The position numbers were made by a program, and so were the translations under genes. The notes beneath the pieces are model-generated. The model was not told where the DNA came from. It saw nothing but the letters and a program-made list of their open reading frames with translations, and did no database searches. A stretch of 64,000 bases of DNA from a virus: the IMG/VR virus record IMGVR_UViG_3300017963_000239, positions 1 to 64,000 of that record; one strand, written 5' to 3'. Shown here piece after piece: positions 44,610-55,000 of the stretch; the first letter of the stretch is position 1; the number at the start of each line of letters is the position of its first letter.

Positions 44610-44694
44610 GGAGAGTGCCGTCACTGGAGGCAAAGCGGCTTTGAACGCCGTGGGGCGTGAAAGCGTCGGGGTTCGAGTCCTCCACTCTCCGCCA
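44610..44694 (+). tRNA. tRNA-Ser(TGA), atypical D arm
   Basis: GGAGAGT/ACTCTCC-G-CCA, loop TTTGAAC, long variable arm. Confidence 0.82.
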
Positions 44695-44696
44695 CT

Positions 44697-44784
44697 GGAG
44701 GGGTGACCGAGTGGCTTATGGTGCACGCTTGGAAAGCGTGTGTGTGGCAACGCACCGTGGGTTCGAATCCCGCCCTCTCCGCCA
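44697..44784 (+). tRNA. tRNA-Ser(GGA)
   Basis: Class II cloverleaf, loop TTGGAAA, CCA. Confidence 0.92.
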
Positions 44785-44997
44785 ATCTTGACAATCACTA
44801 GCAGCCTGTTACTATGCCGGTGAGGTAAGTCCGCGCCTTTGGGCTTTGGGGCAGACCTTGCGACTGCTCGCACCTCGTTCGAGGTTTTGGAGTGGTTGGG
44901 ACATGGATGGCTCGATACGTCGAGACGGACCTGGGAGGTCTGTCCGCCTCCGCTCCCCGACGTTGAACCCGAAAAGCAACGTGGAGAGGAAACGGAC

Positions 44998-46458
44998 ATG
45001 AAGACGAACGCTAGGTTCGATTACGACGCTGTGCGCCACGATCAAGAGAACGAGGTGCACTTGGTGCTGACGCTGAACGCTCCGAAGAAGGAGTGGGAGA
45101 AGGACCGCTCGCCGGTGTGCATCATGCCGGTCATCGACGTGAGCGGTTCGATGGGTGGAGACAAGATCCACTACGCCAAGCAGTCAGCCATGAAGCTGGT
45201 GGACCATCTGAAGCCGGGCGACTTCGCTGGGCTCGCGGTGTTCACCTGCGGAGCGACGCTCATCTCGCCGCCGGTGGAGATGACGCAGGCCAAGAAGGAC
45301 GAGCTGAAGTCGAAGATCGGGGAGCTGAGCGCGCAGGCCAGCACCAACTTCAGCGACGGCATGCTGATGGGCTTGCAGAACGTCAACCAGGCGGACCTGC
45401 CGGCCAAGATGCTGTTCCGGGTGGTGATGCTCACGGACGGCTTGGCCAACCGCGGCGTGACGGGTCGAGATCTCATTCCGCTTCTGAAGGCCAACCGGAA
45501 GAGGGCTTCTCTCAGCGCGTTCGGCTACGGCCGCGATGCAGACCAGGAGCTGCTTGCGGACCTCGCTGTGGCGGGTGACGGCAACTACGCCTTCATCCAG
45601 AACCCCGACGATGCTCTCAGCGCCTTTGGCAAGGAGCTGGGCGGTTTGCTCGCGGTCTACGCTCGGAACGTCCGGGTGGAGGTCGAACTGTCGAACGGTC
45701 ACACGCTGAAGAGCGTAGTCAGCGACGTCGACTCCGAGGGAGACGAGAAGAAGGTGACCGTCAAGCTGCCGGAGATACTGAGCGAGGAAGAGCGCCATCT
45801 GGTGTTCGAGCTGGCGTTGTCGAAGCAGTCCAAGGCGCTCCCTCGGGCGACCAACGTGGCGATGGTGAAGGTCCGCTACGAGGTCATCAACAAGGATGGT
45901 TCGATCACCGAGAAGGTCACCGAAGCAAAGGCCAAGCTCAAGTTCGTCAAGAGCGGCAAGGAGCAGGACAAGCCGACGCAGGCGGTGGCCGACATCGTGG
46001 GCCGGGCGAAGCTGGTTCAGATGCAGATCGAGTCGGAGGAGAAGGCCAAGGCAGGAGACTTCGCTGGGGCCAAGGAGGTGTTCGACCTCGGGGCTCAGGT
46101 GCTTGCGGCCATGGGCGCTGAGGGGGCTTCGCAGCACGCACAGGCCATGAGCGCCAAGGTCAGCAGCCCGGCCATGTACTTGGCCAACGCGGGCTACCTA
46201 GCGTCCAACAAGGCGGTGTTGAACCGTGGTGTGGGCACTTCGGCGCTCCACGCTGAAGCGGCGCACGACGTCAACTGCTTCTACCAGGGCGACGTGCAGC
46301 TCGGGACCGAGGCGCAGCAGCAGGTGCTGGAGAGCTTCACCGGTGGAGGGGAGGTTACTCCGCCCCCGGCGGCGCCCACTCCGACGCCGGCATCGACTCC
46401 TACTCCGCAGTCTTCTGGTTCGAGCGGGGTGAGCAAGACGCGCAGTTCCAGGTGGTGA
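44998..46458 (+). CDS. vWA domain protein
   Basis: IDVSGSM, STN, LTDGLAN, FGYG, GDGNYAFI. Confidence 0.85.
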   Translation: MKTNARFDYDAVRHDQENEVHLVLTLNAPKKEWEKDRSPVCIMPVIDVSGSMGGDKIHYAKQSAMKLVDHLKPGDFAGLAVFTCGATLISPPVEMTQAKKDELKSKIGELSAQASTNFSDGMLMGLQNVNQADLPAKMLFRVVMLTDGLANRGVTGRDLIPLLKANRKRASLSAFGYGRDADQELLADLAVAGDGNYAFIQNPDDALSAFGKELGGLLAVYARNVRVEVELSNGHTLKSVVSDVDSEGDEKKVTVKLPEILSEEERHLVFELALSKQSKALPRATNVAMVKVRYEVINKDGSITEKVTEAKAKLKFVKSGKEQDKPTQAVADIVGRAKLVQMQIESEEKAKAGDFAGAKEVFDLGAQVLAAMGAEGASQHAQAMSAKVSSPAMYLANAGYLASNKAVLNRGVGTSALHAEAAHDVNCFYQGDVQLGTEAQQQVLESFTGGGEVTPPPAAPTPTPASTPTPQSSGSSGVSKTRSSRW

Positions 46459-46459
46459 T

Positions 46460-47029
46460 GTGATAATTGGGATCGACGAGGTCGGCTACGGGTGTTGGGC
46501 GGGGCCAGTTTTTGTGTGCGGCGTAGCCGCTGAGGACGACTGGGCGCCTCCCGGCCTCCGAGATTCCAAGAAGCTGTCGAAGAAGCGCATCGTAGAGGTC
46601 AGCGAAAGCCTGCGCCGGGTGGTGCCGTACCTCGTGGTCGACGGCGACGTAGAGCACATCGACAAGTACGGCATCGGCGCAGTGCTTCGCACGTTGCAGA
46701 AGCTGGTTGCCGAGTCGTTGTTGGAGGAGTTCCCCGGCGCTCGGGTGGTGGTCGACGGGAACATCGCCATCCCTGGGATCCCTGACTGTGAGGCCATTCC
46801 GAAGGCGGACGACACGGTGCCCGCGGTCTCGGCGGCGAGCATCATCGCGAAGGATGCTCGGGACGCGAAGATGCGTGAGCTGGCCAAGGAGTATCCGGGC
46901 TACGGTTTCGAAAAACACGTTGGGTATGGCACCCAGCAGCACGCACAGGCTTTGGACAGGTTGGGCGTCTGTCCGATCCATCGCAAGAGCTACAAGCCGA
47001 TAGCGAAGCGGATCAAGAGTACGTCCTAG
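46460..47029 (+). CDS. rnhB: ribonuclease HII
   Basis: GIDEVG.G.WAGPV, DSKKL, VDG, KAD, SAASIIAK, GYGT, IHRKSY. Confidence 0.93.
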   Translation: MIIGIDEVGYGCWAGPVFVCGVAAEDDWAPPGLRDSKKLSKKRIVEVSESLRRVVPYLVVDGDVEHIDKYGIGAVLRTLQKLVAESLLEEFPGARVVVDGNIAIPGIPDCEAIPKADDTVPAVSAASIIAKDARDAKMRELAKEYPGYGFEKHVGYGTQQHAQALDRLGVCPIHRKSYKPIAKRIKSTS

Positions 47030-47120
47030 GGAGAGGTGGCCGAGTCAGGTTAAGGCGCCCGTTTCGAATGCGGGTGTGCGCGCGAGTGCACCGGGGGTTC
47101 GAATCCCTCTCTCTCCGCCA
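47030..47120 (+). tRNA. tRNA-Ser(CGA)
   Basis: Class II cloverleaf, loop TTCGAAT, CCA. Confidence 0.9.
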
Positions 47121-47121
47121 A

Positions 47122-47213
47122 GGAAGGTAGAATCGTGCTGTGGATGCCGACCTGGGTTGCTACCCCATGGGTGCCCGCAAGGGCATGGAGTTCGACTCTC
47201 CCACCTTCCGCCA
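47122..47213 (+). tRNA. tRNA-Ser(GCT), atypical D arm
   Basis: GGAAGGT/ACCTTCC-G-CCA, loop TTGCTAC. Confidence 0.8.
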
Positions 47214-47835
47214 GTTCGGATGTACTATCCGGTTCTTGGAGGTTCGCCATGTTGATTTCTGAGAAGACTGCCCGTGACCTTCGAGCCCTTGGAGTTCTCG
47301 AAGGTGCGGTGACCCCGGACTACATCGAGAACGACGTGCGCAACGCCATGAAGTCTGCGCACATCGAGAAGGCCGACTTGAAGGTCTCCGAAGAGGGAGG
47401 GATGATCAAGGTACAGGTCACGTGCCGCGATCAGGAAGGGTTGAAGGCCGCAGGAGAGAACGTCGTCAAGCACTTGGAGAGTGAGCAGGTTCCCGCCACG
47501 AACGTGAAGTTCTCGGAGGCCGGCGAGGGTGTGTGGCGGCTCACCTTCGACGTGGAGACCGTCGAACCGCAGCACTGATGATCTTTTGGCGCTACACTAG
47601 AAGGGATCATGAGCTGGGAAAGCGGAGTGTTGGCCTACCTGTTGGTGGCCGTCGTGCTGTTTTTCGCTGGGTTGTACCGGGCGAAAGGGAGCGAGGAGAT
47701 GCGCGCCCGGCTGCGCAACCCTCTGGAGGTCTTCGCGCTCGTGGTGATGACGCTCCTGTGGATCATCATGGTTCCCGTTGCGGCGCTCGTAAGAGATCGA
47801 GAAGAAGCGAATCCGGGGGAGAAGAGAAGCTAGCT

Positions 47836-47911
47836 GCTGGCGTGGCACAATTGGTAGCGCACCTGCCTTGTAAGCAGGGGGTTAGGGGTTCGAGTCCCCT
47901 CGCCAGCTCCA
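47836..47911 (+). tRNA. tRNA-Thr(TGT)
   Basis: Cloverleaf, loop CTTGTAA, CCA. Confidence 0.92.
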
Positions 47912-47971
47912 ACGTCTACATCAGGATCCCTGTCGGGTTGTCAGTGGCTACTACCTCGCTCGTGGTGTAGA

Positions 47972-48700
47972 GTGGGCGACATGGCCCGCACGACGATTCT
48001 GGAGCCGCTACAGAACTACCCTTTCTGGTTGATGGATGTGGGGCCGAACGATTCCCTGGGCCTTCCCATCCTCACTCCGATCTTCGGGTTTTCGGCGATC
48101 ACTGCCCCGGAGATTACAGCGGACGTGATGGATGTGGTGGAGGGCAACTGGTACTTCAACCGCAAGGTTCTCAAGCGCTTCGACATCGCCAACATGACGT
48201 TGCAGCGCGGGGTGACGTGGTACGACTCGGACTTCTGGAAGTGGATGATCGCGGCTGTCACCGGAGACATGACGGATCTGTCGTCTCTGCCTTTCCTCGG
48301 GCTAATTCCAGGTCCGCCTTTGGAGTCGGGGCCGACGTACCGCCGAACTCTGGTTCTGGTGGAGTACTTCCCTCACCTGAACATCGGTGGTGGGGGAGGT
48401 GTTGCCGGGCTCGCCACGGAAATCGGAACGCTGGGGCTGTTGCTGACGGCTTCGGGAGTCACGGGGGTGGACGTGGCCGGTCTTACCTTGGCTTCGACCG
48501 GCGTGGCGGCGCTGTTCAAAGCGGCTCTCGGTCCCTACGAGTTCGCTTCGAGGATTCCAGCGAGGGCCTATGTGCTGAAGGACTGCGTGCCCATCCGGTA
48601 CAAGTCCGGTTCAGATCTGGACGCCAACTCGGGCGCCGTCATGATTTCCGAGCTGGAGCTGGCCATCGAGATGGTGGAGGAGATCAGCCTCGCCGCCTAG
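47972..48700 (+). CDS. second tail tube-like protein (gp19 family)
   Basis: GFSAITAPE..LQRGV..FWKW..CVPIRYK..DLDANSG..ISELEL. Confidence 0.78.
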   Translation: MGDMARTTILEPLQNYPFWLMDVGPNDSLGLPILTPIFGFSAITAPEITADVMDVVEGNWYFNRKVLKRFDIANMTLQRGVTWYDSDFWKWMIAAVTGDMTDLSSLPFLGLIPGPPLESGPTYRRTLVLVEYFPHLNIGGGGGVAGLATEIGTLGLLLTASGVTGVDVAGLTLASTGVAALFKAALGPYEFASRIPARAYVLKDCVPIRYKSGSDLDANSGAVMISELELAIEMVEEISLAA

Positions 48701-49105
48701 GGCCGCTCAGGGCCTTCTGGACGCCCTGAGGGGCGTTGGGGTACGCTCACCCCATGGCGATGGCGAAAGCGGCTCTGATGGCCCTTCTCGGCCCCGTACA
48801 GGGCCGTGAGGAGCAGACCACGACGGCGAACGCGGGTGCGGTGGAGGTTCCGCTGGGGCGCCCGCTCCGGCAGGTGTTCCCTCGCTCGGTGGGGCCGAGG
48901 AAACGGCGCAAGACGCTGGAGATTCCTACGGTGGGTGGAGCTGAGATCGAGGTCTTCGAGATACCGGACGACCAGGAGCTGATTCGCCGCGCCGAAGAAC
49001 AGCTCGCGCGGCTGCGTCGGTAGGCTGGATCCCAAGATCGTCTACCTCAGTGCAGAGGTAGTTTTCCCTTGGCGGATACTCCATATCTGAGGTAGGAATG
49101 GGTGC

Positions 49106-49708
49106 ATGGGAGATGACAGCACGAAGGTGGCGCTGGGTGCTGATGAGCATGTCGAGTTCCTTCGGGGGATCGACCCCAGCAAGATGACCTGGAAGCAGAA
49201 GTACGCTCTGTGGGTCCAGAAGATCCTGGAGCGTTGCCAGGGGAAGTGTTCCAACTGCGGCGGCGAGCACAAGGTTCGGGTCCGCATGGTGGTCCCGCGC
49301 GAGGCCGGTGGAAAACTCTCCTTGGAGAACGGCCGGGTGCTCTGCCGGGCCTGTGAGATGGCTGCCGAGGTGGTGGCGAAGACGGGAAACGGCGAAGCGA
49401 AGCGGCCCGTCAACTTCTGGGTGAGCCGGCGGCTGTTCAAGAAGATCAAGGCGCTCAACGGCTTCACCAGCAACGGGGCGCTCGTGCGCTACCTGATGCA
49501 GAAGTACGTGATGGACGCCGACCGTTTCGATGACTTGGAGAGCTGGCAGGACACGGGATGCGACGTGAAGGTCAACGTGTGGGTGGACAACGACATCTAC
49601 GAGACCTTCAAGGCGATCGTGGGCAAGCGGGGCTCGACGGTGACGGACGCGCTCAAGTCGTTGATCCGCATGTACGAGGATGAGGCGGAGCCTTTGGTGA
49701 GGAAGTAG
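49106..49708 (+). CDS. degenerate HNH zinc domain plus ribbon-helix-helix-like protein
   Basis: CSNC..GG..ENGRVLCRAC; two VN(F/V)WV..F repeats. Confidence 0.55.
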   Translation: MGDDSTKVALGADEHVEFLRGIDPSKMTWKQKYALWVQKILERCQGKCSNCGGEHKVRVRMVVPREAGGKLSLENGRVLCRACEMAAEVVAKTGNGEAKRPVNFWVSRRLFKKIKALNGFTSNGALVRYLMQKYVMDADRFDDLESWQDTGCDVKVNVWVDNDIYETFKAIVGKRGSTVTDALKSLIRMYEDEAEPLVRK

Positions 49709-50144
49709 CCATGGCGAGAGCACTGGTCACCGACATCTACGCAGGGTACTGCTTCATCCTTCATCTCCCCGAGCGCGACGTCTGGGTGAGCGCGAAGGCT
49801 GCGTTCAACGACGTGTTCACCGGAGATCTCTGGGTCGGCGCGGCGCACCGCGTGAACGAGAAGACCCTCGGGGAGTACTTCTTGGAGTGCCACCGGGTGG
49901 AGGTGTGGATGTTCCAGCCCGCTCGCAATTCCGGGGCTTTCGCGCGCTGTATCACGGCGAGCTACGAGGGGTTGTTCCTTCAGCCCGTCGACCTCGATGC
50001 GAGCGCGTCGAAGGTCGCCATGGAGTGGGTGCGGCTGGAGAACACGAAGATGGGCAAGGTTCAGGACGTTCCGAGGGCCGAGTGGCCGGCGGGGCTTGTC
50101 CGAGAGTTCGACACGGGAAAGTAGCCTAGGGGACGAGGGAAAAC

Positions 50145-50975
50145 ATGACGGACCAGCAACAACCGGAACAAGGTGATCACGTACTCGATACGGTACGCCA
50201 GGCGCAACTGGAGAACCCCAAGGGGACTCACGGCGTGTTCGAGCTGCCATGCGGCTACTTGGACGACGCGGGCGAGCTGCACACGGAAGTGCAGGTGAGG
50301 GAGATCACAGGCCACGAGGAAGACATGCTCGGGTCGAAGTCGGTGCCGAACCACAAGAAGGTCGGCAACCTCATTTCGTCCTGTGTCGAGCGCATCGGGA
50401 ACATCACGGACCGCAAGACGCTGAGTACCATCGGTGGTGAGCTGACGCTCGGAGATCGAGTGTTCCTGATGTTCGCCATCCGGCGCACGACGCTGGGCGA
50501 CGAGTACCCCTTCCGGGGGGCGTGCCCCAACGAGAACTGCAACTACCGAGGGCTCTTCACGTTGGATCTGTCCGATCTCGAAGTGAGGAAGATGCCCAAC
50601 CCGAAGCAGCGCATCTACGAGAGAGAGCTACCTTCGGGCAAGGTGGTGCGCTACCGTCCGTTGCTCGGGCGCGACGAAGAGGAGCTGGCGAAGGCTTCGA
50701 ACTCCGACGAGGCGCTTTCTCTTTCGATCCTCATGCACTTGGAGATGCTGGACGAGAAGCCCCCCACTTTGGTCATGGTGAAGAACCTCGGTATGCGGGA
50801 CCGCAATGCTCTGCGGGACGCTTTCGAGGAGATCGAAGGGGGTGTGGACACCACGCTGGAGATGAGCTGCCCCATGTGTGGCACGGAGTTCGAGGAAGAG
50901 CTGAATGTGGGGCAAGCGGGTTTTTTCTTCCCTTCCTCGATCCAGAAGGGCTCGAAGAAGAACTCTTCTACTTGA
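50145..50975 (+). CDS. tail/baseplate assembly chaperone
   Basis: VREITGHEE, LTLGDR, CxxxxC and CPMC; upstream of tape measure; slippery site near 3' end. Confidence 0.7.
   Translation: MTDQQQPEQGDHVLDTVRQAQLENPKGTHGVFELPCGYLDDAGELHTEVQVREITGHEEDMLGSKSVPNHKKVGNLISSCVERIGNITDRKTLSTIGGELTLGDRVFLMFAIRRTTLGDEYPFRGACPNENCNYRGLFTLDLSDLEVRKMPNPKQRIYERELPSGKVVRYRPLLGRDEEELAKASNSDEALSLSILMHLEMLDEKPPTLVMVKNLGMRDRNALRDAFEEIEGGVDTTLEMSCPMCGTEFEEELNVGQAGFFFPSSIQKGSKKNSST
50918..50924 (+). other. putative -1 programmed frameshift site G GGT TTT
   Basis: In-frame X XXY YYZ heptamer; -1 frame open to 51121. Confidence 0.7.
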
Positions 50976-51218
50976 TGGAGGTGTGGCAGGGGGCGCAGTA
51001 CGAAGACCTCATGGCCATGCCCACGACGAGACGCAGGCGATTTGTAAGACGCAAGGTAGACTTGGAGGACAGAAGGCAGAAGGCCCACGAAGCGTCGATG
51101 TCGAAGATGCGTCGGCGGTAGTACATGGGCCGCAGGGCTTGGTAGAATCGCCCATCATGATCCCCGAAGGAGCACGAACCCAAAACCGAAGTGAAATGGG
51201 GCGCACATGGCATTGAAC

Positions 51219-52013
51219 TCACTTCGAGCCCTTCGGCGGGCGCCCTCGCGGGCGTCCTGTGATGAGGGGGCCACCTATGTGGCTCCACGATTCCCCTCTG
51301 GCGATCTTGCCTACCATGACCGAGCTGACGCCGAAGGCTTCGCCCAAGACCCGGTAGTTATCCCCCGCCGCGGCCCGCTCACGGAGTTCGAGAACTCGCT
51401 GTTCGGTGAGTTTAGCGGCCGGGTTCTTGGCGCCTTGGCGTGTGCTGCCCAGCACTTCGATCGAGTGCTTCACGTTCTGCGGCTTCGTGATGTACTCCAG
51501 ATTTTCCAGCCGGTTGTTTTGCCGGTTGCCGTCTTTGTGGTTGGTTTCTTGTCCCGGCGGTCGGGGGCCAACGAAAGCCGCCAGAACAACGAGCGAGACG
51601 CGGCAGTTCCTCGGGGTTCTCGTGTCAGTAAGCGTGACGATGAGGTAGCCGTCCGGATCAGGAGTCTGCCGGAGATGAGTGCCTGTTCGGATGTTTCGAC
51701 GCGTGACTTCGATGCGCACGTTTCCACAGTCCGACACGCTGTAAAGTCCCTCGTACCCTGGTACGGGTCGCCAACGCTCTGTGGTTTCTTCTGTCGGCGG
51801 CGCCGAAGTACGTGGAGGCAGATCTTTCAACGGGCCTTGTATGTCCGACCAAGTAACTCCTCGGATGATCATGGAGACGGCGGCGGGGGATACTCCGAAC
51901 TCCTTGGCGAGTGCGGATCCTTTTTCACCCCTTTCGGATCTTTTACGTATCTTTTTCACTTGGGCTGCTGTGAGCTTCGGGGTGCTCCTGTACTTCGACA
52001 TAATGTGAAGCAT
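51219..52013 (-). CDS. NUMOD4/HNH homing endonuclease
   Basis: ERWRPVPGYEGLYSVSDCG, NHKDGNRQNNRLENLEY. Confidence 0.9.
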   Translation of the reverse strand: MLHIMSKYRSTPKLTAAQVKKIRKRSERGEKGSALAKEFGVSPAAVSMIIRGVTWSDIQGPLKDLPPRTSAPPTEETTERWRPVPGYEGLYSVSDCGNVRIEVTRRNIRTGTHLRQTPDPDGYLIVTLTDTRTPRNCRVSLVVLAAFVGPRPPGQETNHKDGNRQNNRLENLEYITKPQNVKHSIEVLGSTRQGAKNPAAKLTEQRVLELRERAAAGDNYRVLGEAFGVSSVMVGKIARGESWSHIGGPLITGRPRGRPPKGSK

Positions 52014-52036
52014 ACCTCTGAAACTTTGGTGGCGCC

Positions 52037-55000
52037 ATGAGTTTGAATTTCTTAGGGCTCGGCTTCTCCTTCGGCGCGAAGGATATGGGGCTCAAGAAGC
52101 TCCAGCAGCAGGTGACCACCGGCTTCGAGGGGATCAACAAGGAGATGGGGCGTCTCCACGAGACGTCCCAGCCCGCCTTCGACTTCGTTACCGACGCCAT
52201 GGAAGGCGTCGACTCGGTACTCGCGCGACAGGAGAAGCGTGTAGGCGAGTGGAGCCAGTCGTTCGCGGACTCGATTGATCGCGTGGCTGGAATGCCTCAG
52301 CAGGTGACGGACGCCTTCCAGCCTCTGTCGGACTCCCTGCGCAGAGGAGCCGAGTCGGTGTCGCGGACGTGGGAAGGCACGTTCGGTAAGAGCTTCGCTG
52401 CGGTCGGGGAAGGGTTCGACAAGCTCAAGATGCGGATGGGCGGCATCGTGGCCGCCACGGAGCCTCTGACCAAGAAGTTCCGTCCGGTGTTCAAGATCGG
52501 CGCGGAGGGCGCCAAGTTGTTCGGGAATGCCATGCAAGGCATCTTGGACAAGTTCCGCGGGCTGGGCGACGACGTAGAGGAGAGCGAGGGGATTCTCAAG
52601 AAGTTCACCTTCTTCTTCAAGAAGAGGGGGGCGGAGATCGGCAAGACTCAGCAGGTCATCGAGACGGGCTTCGATGGCATCAAGACGATGGTTCACAAGA
52701 TGAACCAGCTCTTGCGCGTCAACAAGCTGCGCGGCTTCATGGAGGCGATCTCCGTAGGCACGCTGTCGAAGATCTCCGGCGCGCTGCAGAACCTCGGCTC
52801 CGCCGGGATGAACCTCACCACAGGGCTCGAAGCGCAGGGCGTAGCGCTGGCAAAGCAGTCGAAGGCCACAGCGGTCAACCTTGGTCTTACCGGCAAGGAG
52901 CTACGGAAAGTTTCTGGGCAAGCATCCGGCATGGCTCTCGGGCTCAACATCGGGGCCGAGCAGGCCACCCAAGCCATCGTCGGGTTCAAGGACGCTGCCG
53001 GAGAGATGGGGCTCATCGGCATTTCGTCCTCGGCAGACCTCGCCAAGCTAACTGAGGTCACGGGGCTAAGCGCCAAGGATCTTGCCCTGCAGCTTCGCAC
53101 GATGCGCAAGACTTTCGGGCTTGCGGACGACGACATCAAGGGGCTGATGTCCAGCTTCACCTCGATGGGGCAGGTAACCCGAGACGTCGCTGGCGGAATC
53201 GGGACGCTGCCTGAGGTGATGCAGCGCATGAGCAAGCAGGCGGAGCTTATGGGGCGCAAGCTCGACCCCAAGCAGCTCGCCAACTTCGCGAAGCAGACGG
53301 CAGCTCTTTCGGCCGGGCTTTACAAGATCACAGGGAGTGCCGACCAGGCTCGGCAGCAGTCCAGTGAGCTAGCTGACGCCATGCTCGGCGCGCAGAAGGA
53401 GTTTGCCAACATGTTCGCCGGCACGGCCAACGACCTGCCGGGGTTCGTCAAGGAGTTGGCCATCATGGGCGGCGACGTGGATGCCGCCTTCGAACTCATC
53501 GACCGTGGTCCTGCGGGCTTCGTGGAGGGTCTGAAGATGATGCTTCAGAACGCCAAGAAGTCCGGGGCGGACATGGATCAGGTGATGAACTTCATGCGCG
53601 GTCGGTTGGAGGCTGCGGGTATCACCAACACCGACACCATCATGTCGTTCCTGCGAACGACGGACGACGAAGTGCTCGACGTGATGAAGTCGGTGCACAA
53701 GTCCACCGCGAGCCTCGGGAAGCTCGCCAAGGAGGGATTCTCGACGGGGCGCACGCTACAGGAAGCGTTCGACTTGGCAAGGGACTCGGCCATCGCGCAC
53801 TTCCGAGCTGGCGGAAAGGCGAGCAAGACTTTTCTGAAGGACTTCACCAAGTCGGCTACGGCGTTCAACAAGATCTTGGACGAGACGAGCAAGAAGGGCG
53901 GCCCGCTAGGCAAGTTCGTCGACCAGCTCCGCGACGTGCACCGTTTGGGGGCCGCGGGGCTGCTTCCTCGCGAGATGCAGGGGGCCGGTGTCTTGTTGGG
54001 GGAGATCATCTCCCAGCTCGGCCCGCTACTTGGCATTCTCGGTGGGGCCATTGTTTTCTTCCCTGGTCTGACCGCAGTGCTGGGGCCGCTGGTCACGGTG
54101 CTCGGGCTGTTCTCGATCAATCTGTTCAAGGCCAAGATGGCGGGGCAGTCGTGGTCGGAGGCGTTCCAGACCGCTTTCCAGGACACACTGAAGATCGTCA
54201 AGAAGGCGTTCACGTACTTCAAGCAGGCCATCCCGAAGTTCATCGCGGCGGCCAAGAAGATTCTGCCCGGCATCATCAAGGCCATCGCGAAGGAGATCCC
54301 GAACGTCCTGGCGGTGTTCTCGGAGATTCAGGATGCCGTGATCGAAGCGGTCATCAAGTACGCCCCCAAGATCGCAAAAGCCTTCGTGAAACTCGTCGAG
54401 AAGGTTGTTGAGCGGTTCGGGAAGTTCGCCCCGAAGCTCATCGAGGCGTTCACCACGTTGATTGACAAGCTGGTGGAGGCGCTGCCGGGCATCGTCCCGA
54501 AGCTGGTGGAGGCATTCGGCAAGGTTCTCGACGCGGTCATCAAGGGTCTAGTGAAGATCGTACCGGGCCTGGTCGGCGTGATCGTGGAGGTGGTTCCTAC
54601 TCTGATCAAAGGTTTGGCGGATGCGCTTCCTAAGGTCGTTGGAGCCATAGCCAAGCTGGCTCCTACGCTCATCGAGGGGCTGGTCAGCATCCTCGTGTCT
54701 CTAGCAGGAGAGCTTCCAAATCTTCTTGGGAAGCTCATTCCTGCTGTGATCGACGGTCTTCAGGCCATCATCGAGGCGATCATCAAGGAGGCGCCAAAGC
54801 TGTTCGACGCCATCTTGGATGCCGTCGTGGGAATTGCAGAGAAGCTGCCTGAGATGCTTCCGCAGCTCGTCAAGGCAATCATGAAGCTCCTCCCCAAGCT
54901 CATCAAGGGCTTGGCGAAGATGATCGCCTCGTTGGCGAATGCGCTTCCTAAGATCTTGCCTCCGCTTCTAGACGCGTTCGTGAAGGGCATCTTGCTCATC

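Noticed and set aside
44610-47213. Selenocysteine or suppressor tRNA
   Set aside because: Atypical D arms, but anticodons read TGA and GCT (Ser), not TCA/CTA/TTA
51207-52040. 277-aa plus-strand ORF
   Set aside because: Antisense to a clear NUMOD4-HNH gene; only first four codons look meaningful
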